From the NCBI GenBank assembly GCA_951406725.2, contig OX597839.1:21886001-21950000 (forward strand): a stretch of DNA of 64,000 nt, in the 5' to 3' direction. The first letter of the stretch is position 1. The number at the start of each line of letters is the position of its first letter. This document shows positions 11,374 to 24,557 of the stretch, one piece after another. Under the pieces are notes generated by a model that was not told the DNA's origin, ran no database searches, and was given only the letters and a program-made list of their open reading frames with translations. A program made the translations under genes and the position numbers. The stretch comes from Octopus vulgaris. Lineage: Eukaryota.

Positions 11374-14300
11374 GATTATGACGGGGAAAACACAGTGGCA
11401 TTTCAGCTATCTTCAAGTTCTGGGTTCATATTCCGCTGAGGTCGACTTTGCCCTTCATGCCTTTCAGGGTCAATAAAATAAATAGCAGCTGAGAACTGGG
11501 ATCAATGTAAACAACTTAGCAAACCCCTCCCCTGCCTCGCTGAAATTGCTGGCCTTGAGAAAATTTTCAAATTAGTATGTCTCTTTTGTTTAATCACCAA
11601 CTCAGCTCTGATCCAACTGATCTAAGGACCAAAGACTTTCCAATCATCTTTCAAAAGTATTTGCCGAGCTAAAAGTACATTATCTAAACTGCCTTTGCCC
11701 TCTTATTTTTCTAAGTAATAGGGTGTGATTGGAGGTAGCTGTTATTTTTAGTAGTTGAAGCTACCACGTATAGGTTCCATGCCTCTCTAGATGTCCCCCA
11801 AAATTGTTTCACGGCATTGCTCACACACACTCCGCCTCCTCTCCATACGACACAGTATTTGTTTTATTCTAGACATCGAGGTAAACCGATACCTATTTCT
11901 TTATTACCCACAAGGGGCTGAACATAGAGGGGACAAACATGGACAGACATAGGTATTAAGTCGATTATACCGACCCCAGTGCTTAACTGGTATTTAATTT
12001 ATCGACCCCGAAAGGATGAAAGGCAAAGTCGACCTCGGCGGAATTTGAACTCACAACGTAACGGCAGACGAAATACCGCTAAGCATTTCGCCCGACGTGC
12101 TAACGATTCTGCTAGCTCAGGTAAACCGATACCACAGACTGTCTGTCCCCCGTCACTGAAATCATTCCAGCCTCGCCGTTAAAGCAATATCTCTGATCAT
12201 CGATCACTTAGCTAAGGTGTCCTCCTTTTAAAACGGTGGGCAGTCATTCGACAACTATTTCTAGCAGATCGGGTAACCGAGCTGTTCTCTTCGTTGGTTA
12301 TATATATATTTATATATATATGGAACACACACACACACACATATATAACAATACAAATAACACATTACATACACATACACACATTACTATTAAAAGTTCC
12401 ATGCTAACAACGGCACACTAAATAAAAGAGAAATATGTCCTAAAAAGGATGAGATCTAACTGGAATGGACCCGTTTATTAAATAAACATCACGGCCAAGC
12501 TACAGCAACACTATCACTTCAATAATTTCAATGACTTTCGCTGTTTTCGTGGTGTCATTTTTGTGCGCCAAAATCGCCCGACAGACGCACCCCACCACCA
12601 CCCGCCACCACCGCACCACGCTTCGTGTTTATATTTCAGTGTCACCAGTCATCACACTCCACAGCTTCTCAGTTTTAACAATTAATTTAGTGTTTAACAA
12701 TTAATCTAATGGAATTCAAAATAAAAAGAAACACAATTTGAACTGTAGCCAAGTTTAACGATGGATTTTTATAAGAATGACCCAAATAAGCTTAAATATC
12801 ATGTATAGTTGTACACACACACAAACTCTACAGTATGAAGGCAATATCCCCGAATGGCCACAGTTTGTAAACGACCAAAATAAAGTAAAGAACCTGCATT
12901 GAGTACTTTTCTTCTATATTGTGTGCAGGACTTGTGTGATAAAAAAGTCCGTCAACAAACCATTTTCAGAGGGGAAAGAAGATGGTTTTCCTAACATTAA
13001 AACGATCTTTTTAAAGAACAGACTTACAAACAAGCTTTTTTTTTTTCCTATCATCACACAGGGAAGGATTTACAAACACCCGAATCAGCCTCAGTAGATG
13101 ACTGGTACACTACTTCGTAAACACACACACAAAACAGTCGAAATAAAACCTTTTAAGGCACTCAGTGATGAAGATAATTCATAACTTAGTAATGTGGAGG
13201 AGGAGAAAAAAACACACGGCCACAAATTTGGCTCCAGTACTTGTAAAATATCGCAAGACAAACTTTGGTCCGATTTGAACTCAGAATATAGAAATTTAAA
13301 TAAACGTTGCACTCTGAGTTGAACGTTGTCACAACAAGCGCGAACCTGTGGTTTTTAGATATATACAGACGAGACGGTCATGCCTGGAATGCTTTTGATC
13401 GTAAGTCAACTTGTATCAGGATTAAACAAACAAGGAATCTACTTACGAGAAATAACAGCTAAATCACCAGTTAACCAAGTCTTAACGGCAGAGAGAGGAG
13501 GTAGGTCATGTCAGGAGCCAAAGGCAAGTGGTCCTTTTCAGGATGAGGGTACAATAGTCCAGTGGTAGGGAGTCAGGGAAGGGGCTGTGCTCCTGACTCT
13601 TTACAGGGCCTCCGTGAGTACTGGGACGAGGGAGGGAGAAAGGCATTCTTAAACCATAGACCCGGCTTGATTGCTTGGCACGGGGTGAACGTTATCAGAG
13701 AGATCCAAGAGGGAAGATGGTGGTGTTTAAACCGGGCCAGGCCATGACGGGATTTGAACTCAGAACGCAAAGAGTCGAAACAAATTACAAAAGACATGAG
13801 ACTTCACGTTCTTGTAACGAAAGAATACCGTTTCCCCTATCTCCCGTTCTTGGAGTGAGTCTTTTTTTTTTTAACCGCCCCCAAGAGATGAAAGGCAAAA
13901 TAGACATCGGTGGGATATGATCTCAAACTACAAAGAACTGGACGAGAGTATCGACAGTTGCTTCTGATAAGAACCAATAGAAGAACCAATAGAAGACTCC
14001 AAGAATGATGGGGTGGGTTTAAATACCCACCGTCGCCACTTAAACTTAAAAGATTTAAGATTCCCGGTTTGAATCAAACAAGTGTTTGTCCAAAACAAAC
14101 AACTGACGGTCTGATTTACAGCAATAGTCAATGAAAGTTTAGTTCAATTTATGATAATTATTAAAAGCTTCGGTTAGGGTCAGCATTTATGAATTAGAAG
14201 TTTAAGTTTACGGTCTGAGGACAAATTAATTCAACAACTGCTAATAATACAAAGACTACTGGTATAAATACACCCCCATACGCACAGGGACCTACAGATG

Positions 14301-14857
14301 TGCACATTAGATCAGAGTAATGTGTATAGGGCATATATGCATATATATATATATATATATGATTGATTGATTCTAGTTTCAGCTCACGAGCTGTGGCCAT
14401 GCTGGGGCACCGCCATATATATATAAAGTAATTAAGGGTTTAGCAACGATTTGCCTCACCACACACCGAATTTAGAAATAGCAGTCAGAGTTATGGCTAT
14501 TCTTTCTACTTAAAAGAGAGATGTTTATATATATATAAAATCAAGTTTGTAGTTTGTAGGATCGTACTTACGAATACGAGAGCTAAAAGTTTAAATAGTA
14601 GCGGAGTTTCTTGTAAGGAGAGAAATGAAAAGAAGTTAAACTTATAATAAAGAAGGATTATTCTGTGTCTCTGGACAGGGTTCAAGGCAGAAAAACCAAA
14701 CGTGGCCATCCACGTTGAAAGCTGGACATGTAGATTAACGACTTCATCCCATACAGAAAAAAATATTACAGAAACAGTGCGGAATACACATGAAAATAGT
14801 CTTAGGGTCAACAGGAAAATCATCAGAGTATTGTCGCTAATGTTGTATATGCATTCA

Positions 14858-15370
14858 CACAAATACATATATATCTGTGTATATATACACACTTACATAA
14901 ACACAAATACACATATATCTGTGTATATATATACACACTTACATAAACACAAATACACACACACACATATATCTGTGTATATATACACACTTACATAAAC
15001 ACAAATACACACACACACATATATCTGTGTATATATACACACTTACATAAACACAAATACACACACACACATATATCTGTGTATATATATACACACAAAT
15101 ACACACACACACACATATATCTGTGTATATATACACACTTACATAAACACAAATACACACACACACATATATCTGTGTATATATACACACTTACATAAAC
15201 ACAAATACACACATACATATCTGTGTATATATACACACTTACACAAACACACATATATCTGTGTATATATATACACACTTACACAAACACAAATACACAT
15301 ATATCTGTGTATATATATACACACTTACATAAACACAAATACACACACATATATATATATATATATATAT
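14858..15370. repeat. Minisatellite, unit about 50 bp (ACACTTACATAAACACAAATACACACACATATATCTGTGTATATAT)
   Basis: About 10 tandem variants built from CA/TA dinucleotides. Confidence 0.9.
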
Positions 15371-15539
15371 GCATACACCAACACATATTTACATCCCAGC
15401 ATCTCCCATTAAGAACCAACACATTGTTAGTGTAGCTGTAAATACGGGGATAAATGAGACACAACAATAATATTACACGAACGAACAGAGAAATGCTTAA
15501 CATATATATTTATATATCAGGTACACAAGCAAACTCCGA

Positions 15540-15591
<52 letters not shown>

Positions 15592-15623
15592 ATATACTTT
15601 ATTTAAAGCAGAAAATTCAACAG

Positions 15624-15667
15624 AATCTGTTACTCTGAGTTTCTCGTTGCCGCTCATCAGACAGTTT
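15624..15667 (-). ncRNA. Minimal type I hammerhead ribozyme motif (Penelope-like)
   Basis: Minus strand CUGU-CUGAUGA-GCG GCAA CGA-GAAA-CUCAGAG-UA^-ACAG. Stem I is CUGU/ACAG, the core is intact, the cleavage triplet is GUA, and there is one mismatch at the base of stem II. Followed by AATAAA and (TA)n. Confidence 0.7.
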
Positions 15668-15684
15668 TTGCTAGAATGGAACCG

Positions 15685-15719
<35 letters not shown>

Positions 15720-16185
15720 TATGGTCTAAATACACGTGTTTAAATAACTAAAGAGACTACGACACCGTCGTTTTGTGTGAACGATGTGTTTTCGAGAAGA
15801 GAGCGAAACATTTGGGAGACATAAAAGAATGAAGCAAGAATAATAAACTGGCGTTAAATAATTAAGAGAGACGAGAATCATGGAAGCAGAGCCTGCCTCC
15901 ATGATTGGACCGCAAGAGATAAAGAAAAAGGTGTCTCACCTCGTTGTTCTATGAGATGTTGTTGTCGTCGAGTGTCTAAATCCTCGAATGGTGTTTAATA
16001 AAGAAATGTGGTGGTGATTCTGGTGAAAGGCTCCACTCAACCACTTCCACCTCTCGACTCCACTTTCAACAGAACCGCCATAATACACTCGCACGTGCAA
16101 CACCACCACTTCTGCGCACGTTTATGCGCACACCGGAAGTACATCTCCACTGAGCGTCTCTTTAGTTTTGCGATTATTTTTAACA

Positions 16186-17000
16186 CTCTCTTTCTCTTCC
16201 TCCCCTCTCTCTCTGTCATTATCTCTCTATCCATATTTCTCGCTCTTTCTCTCCCTCCCCTCTCTCTGTCTTTATCTCTCTATCCATATTTCTCGCTCTT
16301 TCTCTTCCTCCCCTCTCTGTGTCTTTATCTCTCTATCCATATTTCTTTCCTTCCCCTCTCTTTGTCTTTATCTCTCTATCTATATTTCTCGCTCTTTCTC
16401 TTCCTCCCCTCTCTGTGTCTTTATCTCTCTATCCATATTTCTCTTTCTCCCCTCTGTCTGTCTTTATCTCTCTATCCATATTTCTCGCTCTTTCTCTTCC
16501 TCTCTCTGTGTCTTTATCTCTCTATCCATATTTCTCTTTCTCCCCTCTGTCTGTCTTTATCTCTCTATCCATATTTCTCGCTCTTTCTCTTCCTCCCCTC
16601 TCTGTGTCTTTATCTCTCTATCCATATTTCTCTTTCTCCCCTCTGTCTGTCTTTATCTCTCTATCCATATTTCTCGCTCTTTCTCTTCCTCCCCTCTCTG
16701 TGTCTTTATCTCTCTATCCATATTTCTCTCCTTCCCCTCTCTTTGTCTTTATCTCTCTATCTATATTTCTCGCTCTTTCTCTTCCTCCCCTCTCTGTGTC
16801 TTTATTTCTCTATCCATATTTCTCTCCTTCCCCTCTCTCTGTCTTTCTCTCTATATCCATATTTCTCGCTCTTTCTCTTCCTCCCCTCTCTCTGTCTTTA
16901 TCTCTCTATCCATATTTCTCTCTCTTTCTCTCCCTCGCCTCTCTCTCTGTCTTTCTCTCTGTATCCATATTTCTCTCTCTTTCTCTCTGTCTCTTTATGC
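16186..17000. repeat. CT-rich minisatellite (about 40-46 bp alternating units)
   Basis: Repeated TCTTTATCTCTCTATCCATATTTCTC(GCTCTTTCTCTTCCTCCCC) units. Accounts for the three spurious long ORFs. Confidence 0.9.
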
Positions 17001-17022
17001 TTGTGTTTATATTTCGGATCTT

Positions 17023-17497
17023 GTATCTTTTCCTTTTGAATGGCAGTTTTCAACACAATTTCTAGTTAACTAAACACTTTTAAACTTCGTATACTGGTAG
17101 AATGTGTCAATATAAAACATTTTTTTCTCTTGGCTTTCTTGAGAAAATTGTAATTTGTTTGTTTAACGTAGTTTAATTTTTCGAATTTTAACCAATCCTA
17201 TGCTCTCTTTTCAGCTAAAATCATTTGCTGAGTCTCATTGCTTTCGTTTGTTTTTTTTTACACGAGTAACAATTAAATTAATTCAACAATTAAGAAAAAA
17301 AAATTTAGGGTTAGGGTGGTTAAAATTGCCGAAATGCTCGGATTTTCAGACGAAATATCTTACAAACCATAGAATTTTCTCAATAAAGCCAAGAGAAAAT
17401 GATGTTTTATAAACACATTCTACCAGTATACGAAGTTTAAAACTTTTTAGTTACCTAGAAATTATGTTAAAAACTGCCGTTCAAAAGGAAAAGATCC
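17023..17497. mobile_element. MITE with long TIRs and 8-bp TSD (Merlin/MULE-like), family M2
   Basis: G(G/T)ATCTTTTCCTTTTGAATGGCAG ... CTGCCGTTCAAAAGGAAAAGATCC, arms of about 130 bp. TSD CGGATCTT at 17015-17022 and 17498-17505. Confidence 0.8.
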
Positions 17498-17745
17498 CGG
17501 ATCTTTTTATAGTTTTCTCTCTTTCTCTCTCTCTCTCTTTGATGTTCTCTCACACTCTCTCTTTTTATTTCTAACCTCTTCCTCTCGTTCTCGTCCACTG
17601 TCTTCCTCTCCCCCCTATCTCTCCTCTTTTCCTTTTTTTGTCACAAAACTCTCTCTCTCTCTCTCTCTCTTCTCTCTTCCTCTTTGTCACACAATCTCCC
17701 TCCCTCTCTCTCACACGTACAGAAACTCTGTCTATTTCTCTCTTA

Positions 17746-17879
17746 CAATTTCCAATTTGAATGTCTTTTGAAAAATAAAATCATTCTTTATGGTAAATGC
17801 TTATGAATGGTGTTTGTACTAAAGAATGATTTTATCTTTCAAAAGACATTTAAAAAAATTTGTTTCAAATTGGAAATTG
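17746..17879. mobile_element. Short palindromic MITE-like element
   Basis: CAATTTCCAATTTGAATGTCTTTTGAAAAATAAAATCATTCTTTA ... TAAAGAATGATTTTATCTTTCAAAAGACATT...TTCAAATTGGAAATTG. Confidence 0.55.
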
Positions 17880-18237
17880 TTATCTCCCTTCCTCCATCCA
17901 AGTTTGCTTTCTCAATTGACCAAAATCTCAATCACCAGGACCAAATACTCAACGGAGGAACATTTATGTGGGAGTCCGAACTTCAAGAAATAGCAGTCCT
18001 TAAATCACAACTTATTGCCTCACAAAAAGAGAGGCCAATGTTAATGTCGTTAGTCCCAACAAACGAGGTGGTCCCATGTTGGAAAGTCTTCAATATAAGA
18101 ATACACAACAGACAGTGGCCCAGCAACAAAATTTGCTAAAGGGGTGCAAACCCAGGTCCTAATTTTTTTATGAAAAATGTGGATTTTTCCAATGTTAACA
18201 TTAAAACAAATGCAGATATAATAATAATTTTTATTAT

Positions 18238-18720
18238 TATGAGGGTTTGGCTGAAATGTTCATAATCTGAGCAAGACACTCTCAATGGAATGTGACCAAA
18301 TGAAGTTCATTTTCTAACATAGTTCCTCTTACTGTCCACACACTTCCATAAGTAGTTGCAGTGCTTGGGTCGCACTGGTGAAGAAGCTTTTCTGTTGATC
18401 AAAATGGTCATCAACAACAGATAAGATGTTCTCACCATAGTGATACTGGTGCTCAGCTGAGTGTTTTTCTATGTTGGGAAACAGATGATAACCAGAAGGA
18501 ACCAAATCATTAACATAGGGAGGATGATCAACCAGTTCAAAGCCAGTCACACACAGCAGCCATTGAAACCAATGACTTGTGTGCTGAAGCATTGTCCTAA
18601 TTAAGCAAGACCCCATTCATCAGTTTTTCTAGGTGTTTGGTCTTTATAGCCTTTCATAACTGCCTTAGGAAGTTGGCATTGAAATTTTCCATTGATGGTG
18701 TGATCATTTTGAAGATAGCC
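18238..18720 (-). mobile_element. mariner transposase C-terminal fragment
   Basis: NASAH... and ELVDHPPYVNDLVPSGYHLF (YSPDLAPSDY motif). Decayed TIR near 18238. Confidence 0.7.
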
Positions 18721-19032
18721 AATAAACAATATTTTTTGCATTAATGCATAGTATATGTAATAATGTGAAGTATATTTTGCATATTAAAATGTTTAATTTT
18801 GGAAATGTATCAAGCAGAGCTAACATAAGCAGTAAAAATACAAATTGCAAGTATTTCAAAATGTGGGACACTACATGACAAAAAAAAAAAGAAGAATATA
18901 GTGGTGCTTGTGTTCCAAAGGTACAATGAGAAGGCTCAGGAGAAGGATAGAGAGATGGGGTAGAGGGAAGGAAAGAAAAGAATGGAAAGTAAAAAGATAA
19001 ACTGGGAATCTGAGCAAGAGAGGGGTTCCAGA

Positions 19033-20850
19033 CTATTCATGTGGACATACCATTGTCGTATACAATTTAAAATAGATAGCTGGAGAGTGGCTGACAAAGG
19101 TCTTACTGAGTGATGCTAGCACCCCCTCAGCCTTTTTGACAATCTTAGATATGTGGTTTGTCCAATGCTGATTGCTGTTTACAATAATACCCAGATCATG
19201 TCCACTAGAAGACTTCTTGAGATTGGTGTTGCTGAGGGAGTATGTAAAGGATGGATGTTTCCTCCCAAAATGCATGGTGATACACTTGTCTACAGCTAGC
19301 TTGAGTTGCCAGTCAGAGGTCCACTGCTGCATTGTATCCAGGTCTGATTGCAAGATAGGATCTGTTCTTTTTATTTCAAGGTACAGCTTAGTGTCATCTG
19401 CATATTTCAGCACTGAAACATTCCTCAAATTGGCATCTATATTGTTAATATATGCAACCAACAGTAAGGGTTCAAGAACAGATCCCTGTGGTACACCAGA
19501 AGTAATCTCGTAGGGTGAAGAACAATGTTCTAGAACCGTAACTACATCTTTCCGGCCAAGAATGAAGGACTTCAGCCAGTTATAGAGATCATCCTTCACA
19601 CTCACTGCAGGGAGTTTTACCATGAGTCGTTTGTGTGGTACAGAGTTGAAGGCTTTAGCAAAATCAGGGTAGACAGTATCCACCAATGAGCCACCATCAA
19701 TAACTCAGGTTATGTCCTCAAGAAACTCGACTACAGGAGATAAAACCAAATTGTGAGGGCTAAATAAGGCTGTGAGAGCACCAAAAGTTCCAGAGTGTTT
19801 CCCTGACACAGGACTCCATCAGTTTGGTGATGCAGCTAGTAAGGTTGACTGGACAGTAGTTGACAGGTGATGTGCGATCACCTGTTTTGAGCAGGGGAAT
19901 AACACTGGCAATTTTCCAGTGCTCTGAAGTGACACAGTTGTTAAGGCAGAATTGACAAAAGGAAGAAAGCTGGTGCAATAGAAAGAACCCACCACATTTG
20001 AGAAGAAAATAAGTTACTCCATCAAGACCAGGAGAGGCATAGTTGCACTGATTCTTGAGGTGGTGTCACAGCATTGTGGGTATGAATTTCACAGATGTTA
20101 TGGAATTTGATGTCAGAGTTGGTGAAGAAGATACATTGGGGTTATCAGCAGTAAAAATGCCAGCATAGCATTCAGCAATAAGCTCAGTGCATTCCTTGGT
20201 GTCATCAGTCATCTGACCTGTGTGGGGATCGTGAAGAGGTCCAGTTAGGGAGTGAGAATTCTGTTTTGAACGCACATATTTTCAGAACACTTTGCTGTCA
20301 GGGCTAGTTGTTAGTTGCTATGCATCGTTCAAACTCAAGCACTGCCTTTTTCGTTGCTTGCTTGAGTCGGTTAGATGGTCTGTTGCATCTTCTTCTGTTC
20401 TCATCTGTTCTATGCTGTCTGTATTTCTGTTCAGCATCACAACGGTCTTTCCAGGCAAGTCAAACTGCTGCAGTCTCCCAAATTACATTGTTTTTATTTC
20501 TAGAGCGTTTGCACAGTAGTGACGCTTTACATGCAGTCCAGATTGCACTGAAGATATTTTGAAAAACAGTATTGTTATCCCCTGGATTGTAAAATTCAAA
20601 CCAGTTTAGGTGTCGTAACTCCTTACGGTAACAGTTCCAGTCAAAGCGAGTGGTTTGAAGGTGGTGGTGTTTCTTGTTTCTGCCTACAAGAAACAGATTG
20701 GCAATGATCATAGCATGAGTGGAGTTACTTAGAGGCTCCTTTGTCACAACAGTGATAACAGTTCTAGGAATGGTAGTAAAGAGCAGGTTCAAAGTGTTAT
20801 TACCAATGAAAAGTTTCCCATTCAATTTCAGGGTAGTTGAAGTCACCAGT
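19033..20850 (-). mobile_element. Degenerate LINE ORF2 (CR1/L2-group reverse transcriptase)
   Basis: WKIASVIPLLKTGDRTSPVNYCPVNLTS, DFAKAFNSVPHK, GVPQGSVLEPLL, YADDTKL, LYTTMVCPHE. Multiple stops and frameshifts. Confidence 0.85.
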
Positions 20851-21382
20851 AATGAAAATACACGTGGCTGTTATATATATAGAACATTTAGCATTGTAAG
20901 TGTTCTAAAACCAGCTGGGCAGTAAGAATAGGCACAGAAGTGGCTATGTGGAAAGAAGCTTGCTTCCCAACCACATGGTTCCTGTTTCAGTCCCACTGCA
21001 TGACACCTTGGGCAAGTGTCTTCTACTATAGCCTCAGGCTGACTAAAGCCTTGTGGAAGGATTTGATAAACAGAAACTGAAAGAAGCTGGCGAGCTGGAA
21101 GAATCATTAGCACGCCAGGCGAAATGCTTAACAGTATTTCTTCTGCTGCTACATTCTGAGTTCAGATTTCACTGAGGTCGACTTTGCTTTTCATCCTTTC
21201 GGGGTCAATTAAATAAGTAACAGTTACACACTGAGGTTGATATAATTGGCTTAATCCGTTTGTCTGTCCTTGTTTGTCCCCTCTGTGTGTGGCCCCTTGT
21301 GCACAGTAAAGAAATAAGAAACTGAAGGAAGCTTATCATGTATATGTATATATATATATATATAATTATCGATATTATCCTC

Positions 21383-21439
<57 letters not shown>

Positions 21440-24400
21440 TCCTCATCATTGTCGTTTAACGTCCACTTTCCATGCTGGCATGGGTTGGACTGTTGTTTGA
21501 CTGAGGACTGGTGAACCAGAGGCTGCACCAAGTTCAATCTGATCTGGCAAAGTTTCTACGGCTGGATGCCCTTCCTAATGCAAACCACTCTGAGAGTGTA
21601 GTGGGTGCTTTCATCTGCCACCAGCACGAGGGCCAGTCAGGTGGATCTGACAACGACCACGCTCAAAAGGTGTTTTTATGTGCCACTAGCACATGTGCCA
21701 GTAAAGCAATGCAGGCAATGATCATGCTCGAATGGTACTTTTCAGGTGTCACCGGCATGGGAGCCAATCTGTGGCCCTGACAATGATCACGCTCAGATGT
21801 GCTTTTAACATCCCACTGGCACAAGTGCCAATCAGGCAGTACTGTCATCGGCCATGTCAGCGATTTAGGTTTTGATTTCACTTGCCTCAATAGGTCTTCG
21901 CAAGCAAAATTCATTGTCCAATGAACGAGGGGTACACATAAGTGGGCCGGTTACACCCCACGTTCGGATGTGCTTTTAACGTCCCACTGGCACAAGTGCC
22001 AATTCAGGCGGTACTGTCATCGGCCATGTCAGCGATTTAGGTTTTGATTTCACTCGCCTCAATAGGTCTTCGCAAGCAAAATTCATTGTCCAATGAATGA
22101 GAATGTACGCATAAGTGGGCCGGTTACACCCCACGTTCGGATGTGCTTTTAACGTCCCACTGGCACAAGTGCCAATCAGGTGGTAGTGTCATCGGCCATG
22201 TCAGTGATTTAGGTTTTGATTTCACTCGCCTCAATAGGTCTTCGCAAGCAAAATTCATTGTCCAATGAATGAGGGGTACGCATAAGTGGGCCGGTTACAC
22301 CCCACGTTCGGATGTGCTTTTAACATCCCACTGGCACAAGTGCCAATCAGGTGGTAGTGTCATTGGCCATGTCAGTGATTTAGGTTTGATTTCACTCGCC
22401 TCAATAGGTCTTCGCAAGCAAAATTCATTGTCCAATGAATGAGGGGTACGCATAAGTGGGCCGGTTACACCCCACGTTCGGATGTGCTTTTAACGTCCCA
22501 CTGGCACAAGTGCCAATCAGGTGGTAGTGTCATTGGCCATGTCAGTGATTTAGGTTTTGATTTCACTCGCCTCAATAGGTCTTCGCAAGCAAAATTCATT
22601 GTCCAATGAATGAGGGGTACGCATAAGTGGGCCGGTTACACCCCACGTTCGGATGTGCTTTTAACATCCCACTGGCACAAGTGCCAATCAGGTGGTAGTG
22701 TCATCGGCCATGTCAGTGATTTAGGTTTTGATTTCACTTGCCTCAATAGGTCTTCGCAAGCAAAATTCATTGTCCAATGAATGAGGGGTACGCATAAGTG
22801 GACCGGTTACACCCCACGTTCGGATGTGCTTTTAACGTCCCACTGGCACAAGTGCCAATCAGGTGGTAGTGTCATTGGCCATGTCAGTGATTTAGGTTTT
22901 GATTTCACTCGCCTCAATAGGTCTTCGCAAGCAAAATTCATTGTCCAATGAATGAGGGGTACGCATAAGTGGGCCGGTTACACCCCACGTTCGGATGTGC
23001 TTTTAACGTCCCACTGGCACAAGTGCCAATCAGGTGGTAGTGTCATTGGCCATGTCAGTGATTTAGGTTTTGATTTCACTTGCCTCAATAGGTCTTCGCA
23101 AGCAAAATTCATTGTCCAATGAATGAGGGGTACGCATAAGTGGGCCGGTTACACCCTACGTTCGGATGTGCTTTTAACATCCCACTGGCACAAGTGCCAA
23201 TCAGGTGGTAGTGTCATTGGCCATGTCAGTGATTTAGGTTTTGATTTCACTCGCCTCAATAGGTCTTCGCAAGCAAAATTCATTGTCCAATGAATGAGGG
23301 GTACGCATAAGTGGACCGGTTACACCCCATGTTCGGATGTGCTTTTAACATCCCACTGGCACAAGTGCCAATCAGGTGGTAGTGTCATCGGCCATGTCAG
23401 TGATTTAGGTTTTGATTTCACTTGCCTCAATAGGTCTTCGCAAGCAAAATTCATTGTCCAATGAATGAGGGGTACGCATAAGTGGGCCGGTTACACCCCA
23501 CGTTCGGATGTGCTTTTAACATCCCACTGGCACAAGTGCCAATCAGGTGGTAGTGTCATTGGCCATGTCAGTGATTTAGGTTTTGATTTCACTCGCCTCA
23601 ATAGGTCTTCGCAAGCAAAATTCATTGTCCAATGAATGAGGGGTACGCATAAGTGGACCGGTTACACCCCATGTTCGGATGTGCTTTTAACATCCCACTG
23701 GCACAAGTGCCAATCAGGTGGTAGTGTCATCGGCCATGTCAGCGATTTAGGTTTTGATTTCACTCGCCTCAATAGGTCTTCGCAAGCAAAATTCATTGTC
23801 CAATGAATGAGGGGTACGCATAAGTGGGCCGGTTACACCCCACGTTCGGATGTGCTTTTAACGTCCCACTGGCACAAGTGCCAATCAGGTGGTAGTGTCA
23901 TCGGCCATGTCAGCGATTTAGGTTTTGATTTCACTCGCCTCAATAGGTCTTCGCAAGCAAAATTCATTGTCCAATGAATGAGGGGTACGCATAAGTGGGC
24001 CGGTTACACCCCACGTTCGGATGTGCTTTTAACGTCCCACTGGCACAAGTGCCAATCAGGTGGTAGTGTCATCGGCCATGTCAGCGATTTAGGTTTTGAT
24101 TTCACTCGCCTCAATAGGTCTTCGCAAGCAAAATTCATTGTCCAATGAATGAGGGGTACGCATAAGTGGGCCGGTTACACCCCACGTTCGGATGTGCTTT
24201 TAACGTCCCACTGGCACAAGTGCCAATCAGGTGGTAGTGTCATCGGCCATGTCAGTGATTTAGGTTTTGATTTCACTCGCCTCAATAGGTCTTCGCAAGC
24301 AAAATTCATTGTCCAATGAATGAGGGGTACGCATAAGTGGGCCGGTTACACCCCACGTTCGGATGTGCTTTTAACGTCCCACTGGCACAAGTGCCAATCA

Positions 24401-24557
24401 GGCAGTACTGTCATCGGCCATGTCAGCGATTTAGGTTTTGATTTCACTCGCCTCAATAGGTCTTCGCAAGCAAAATTCATTGTCCAATGAATGAGGGTTA
24501 TATTCATAAATGTGCTGGTTACACCCACTGGCATAGGCCATGGGCTATGGTCTCACT
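21440..24557 (-). mobile_element. RTE LINE 3' UTR copy hosting the 171-bp array
   Basis: The left part (GGATGCCCTTCCTAATGCAAACCAC, CCATGCTGGCATGGG) and the right end (ATGGTCTCAC) align with the RTE 3' UTR at 62195-62680. Confidence 0.75.
21790..24527. repeat. Tandem satellite array, 16 x 171 bp
   Basis: Unit starts at 21790, 21961, 22134, 22305, 22475, 22646 and then every 171 bp to 24356. Inner copies are nearly identical; the edge copies are more diverged. Confidence 0.95.

Noticed and set aside
15737-16071. Possible solo LTR (TGTTTAAA...TTTCAACA with AATAAA)
   Set aside because: No target-site duplication found, so support is insufficient.
16008-17073. Three long Leu/Ser/Phe-rich ORFs
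   Set aside because: Translations of a CT-rich minisatellite that is open in all three frames.
17305-17316. Telomeric TTAGGG repeats
   Set aside because: Only two units, internal to a MITE.
21790-24527. CRISPR array or hammerhead retrozyme array
   Set aside because: Whole monomers repeat with no unique spacers. No CTGANGA...GAAA core was found on either strand, and the monomer derives from an RTE UTR.
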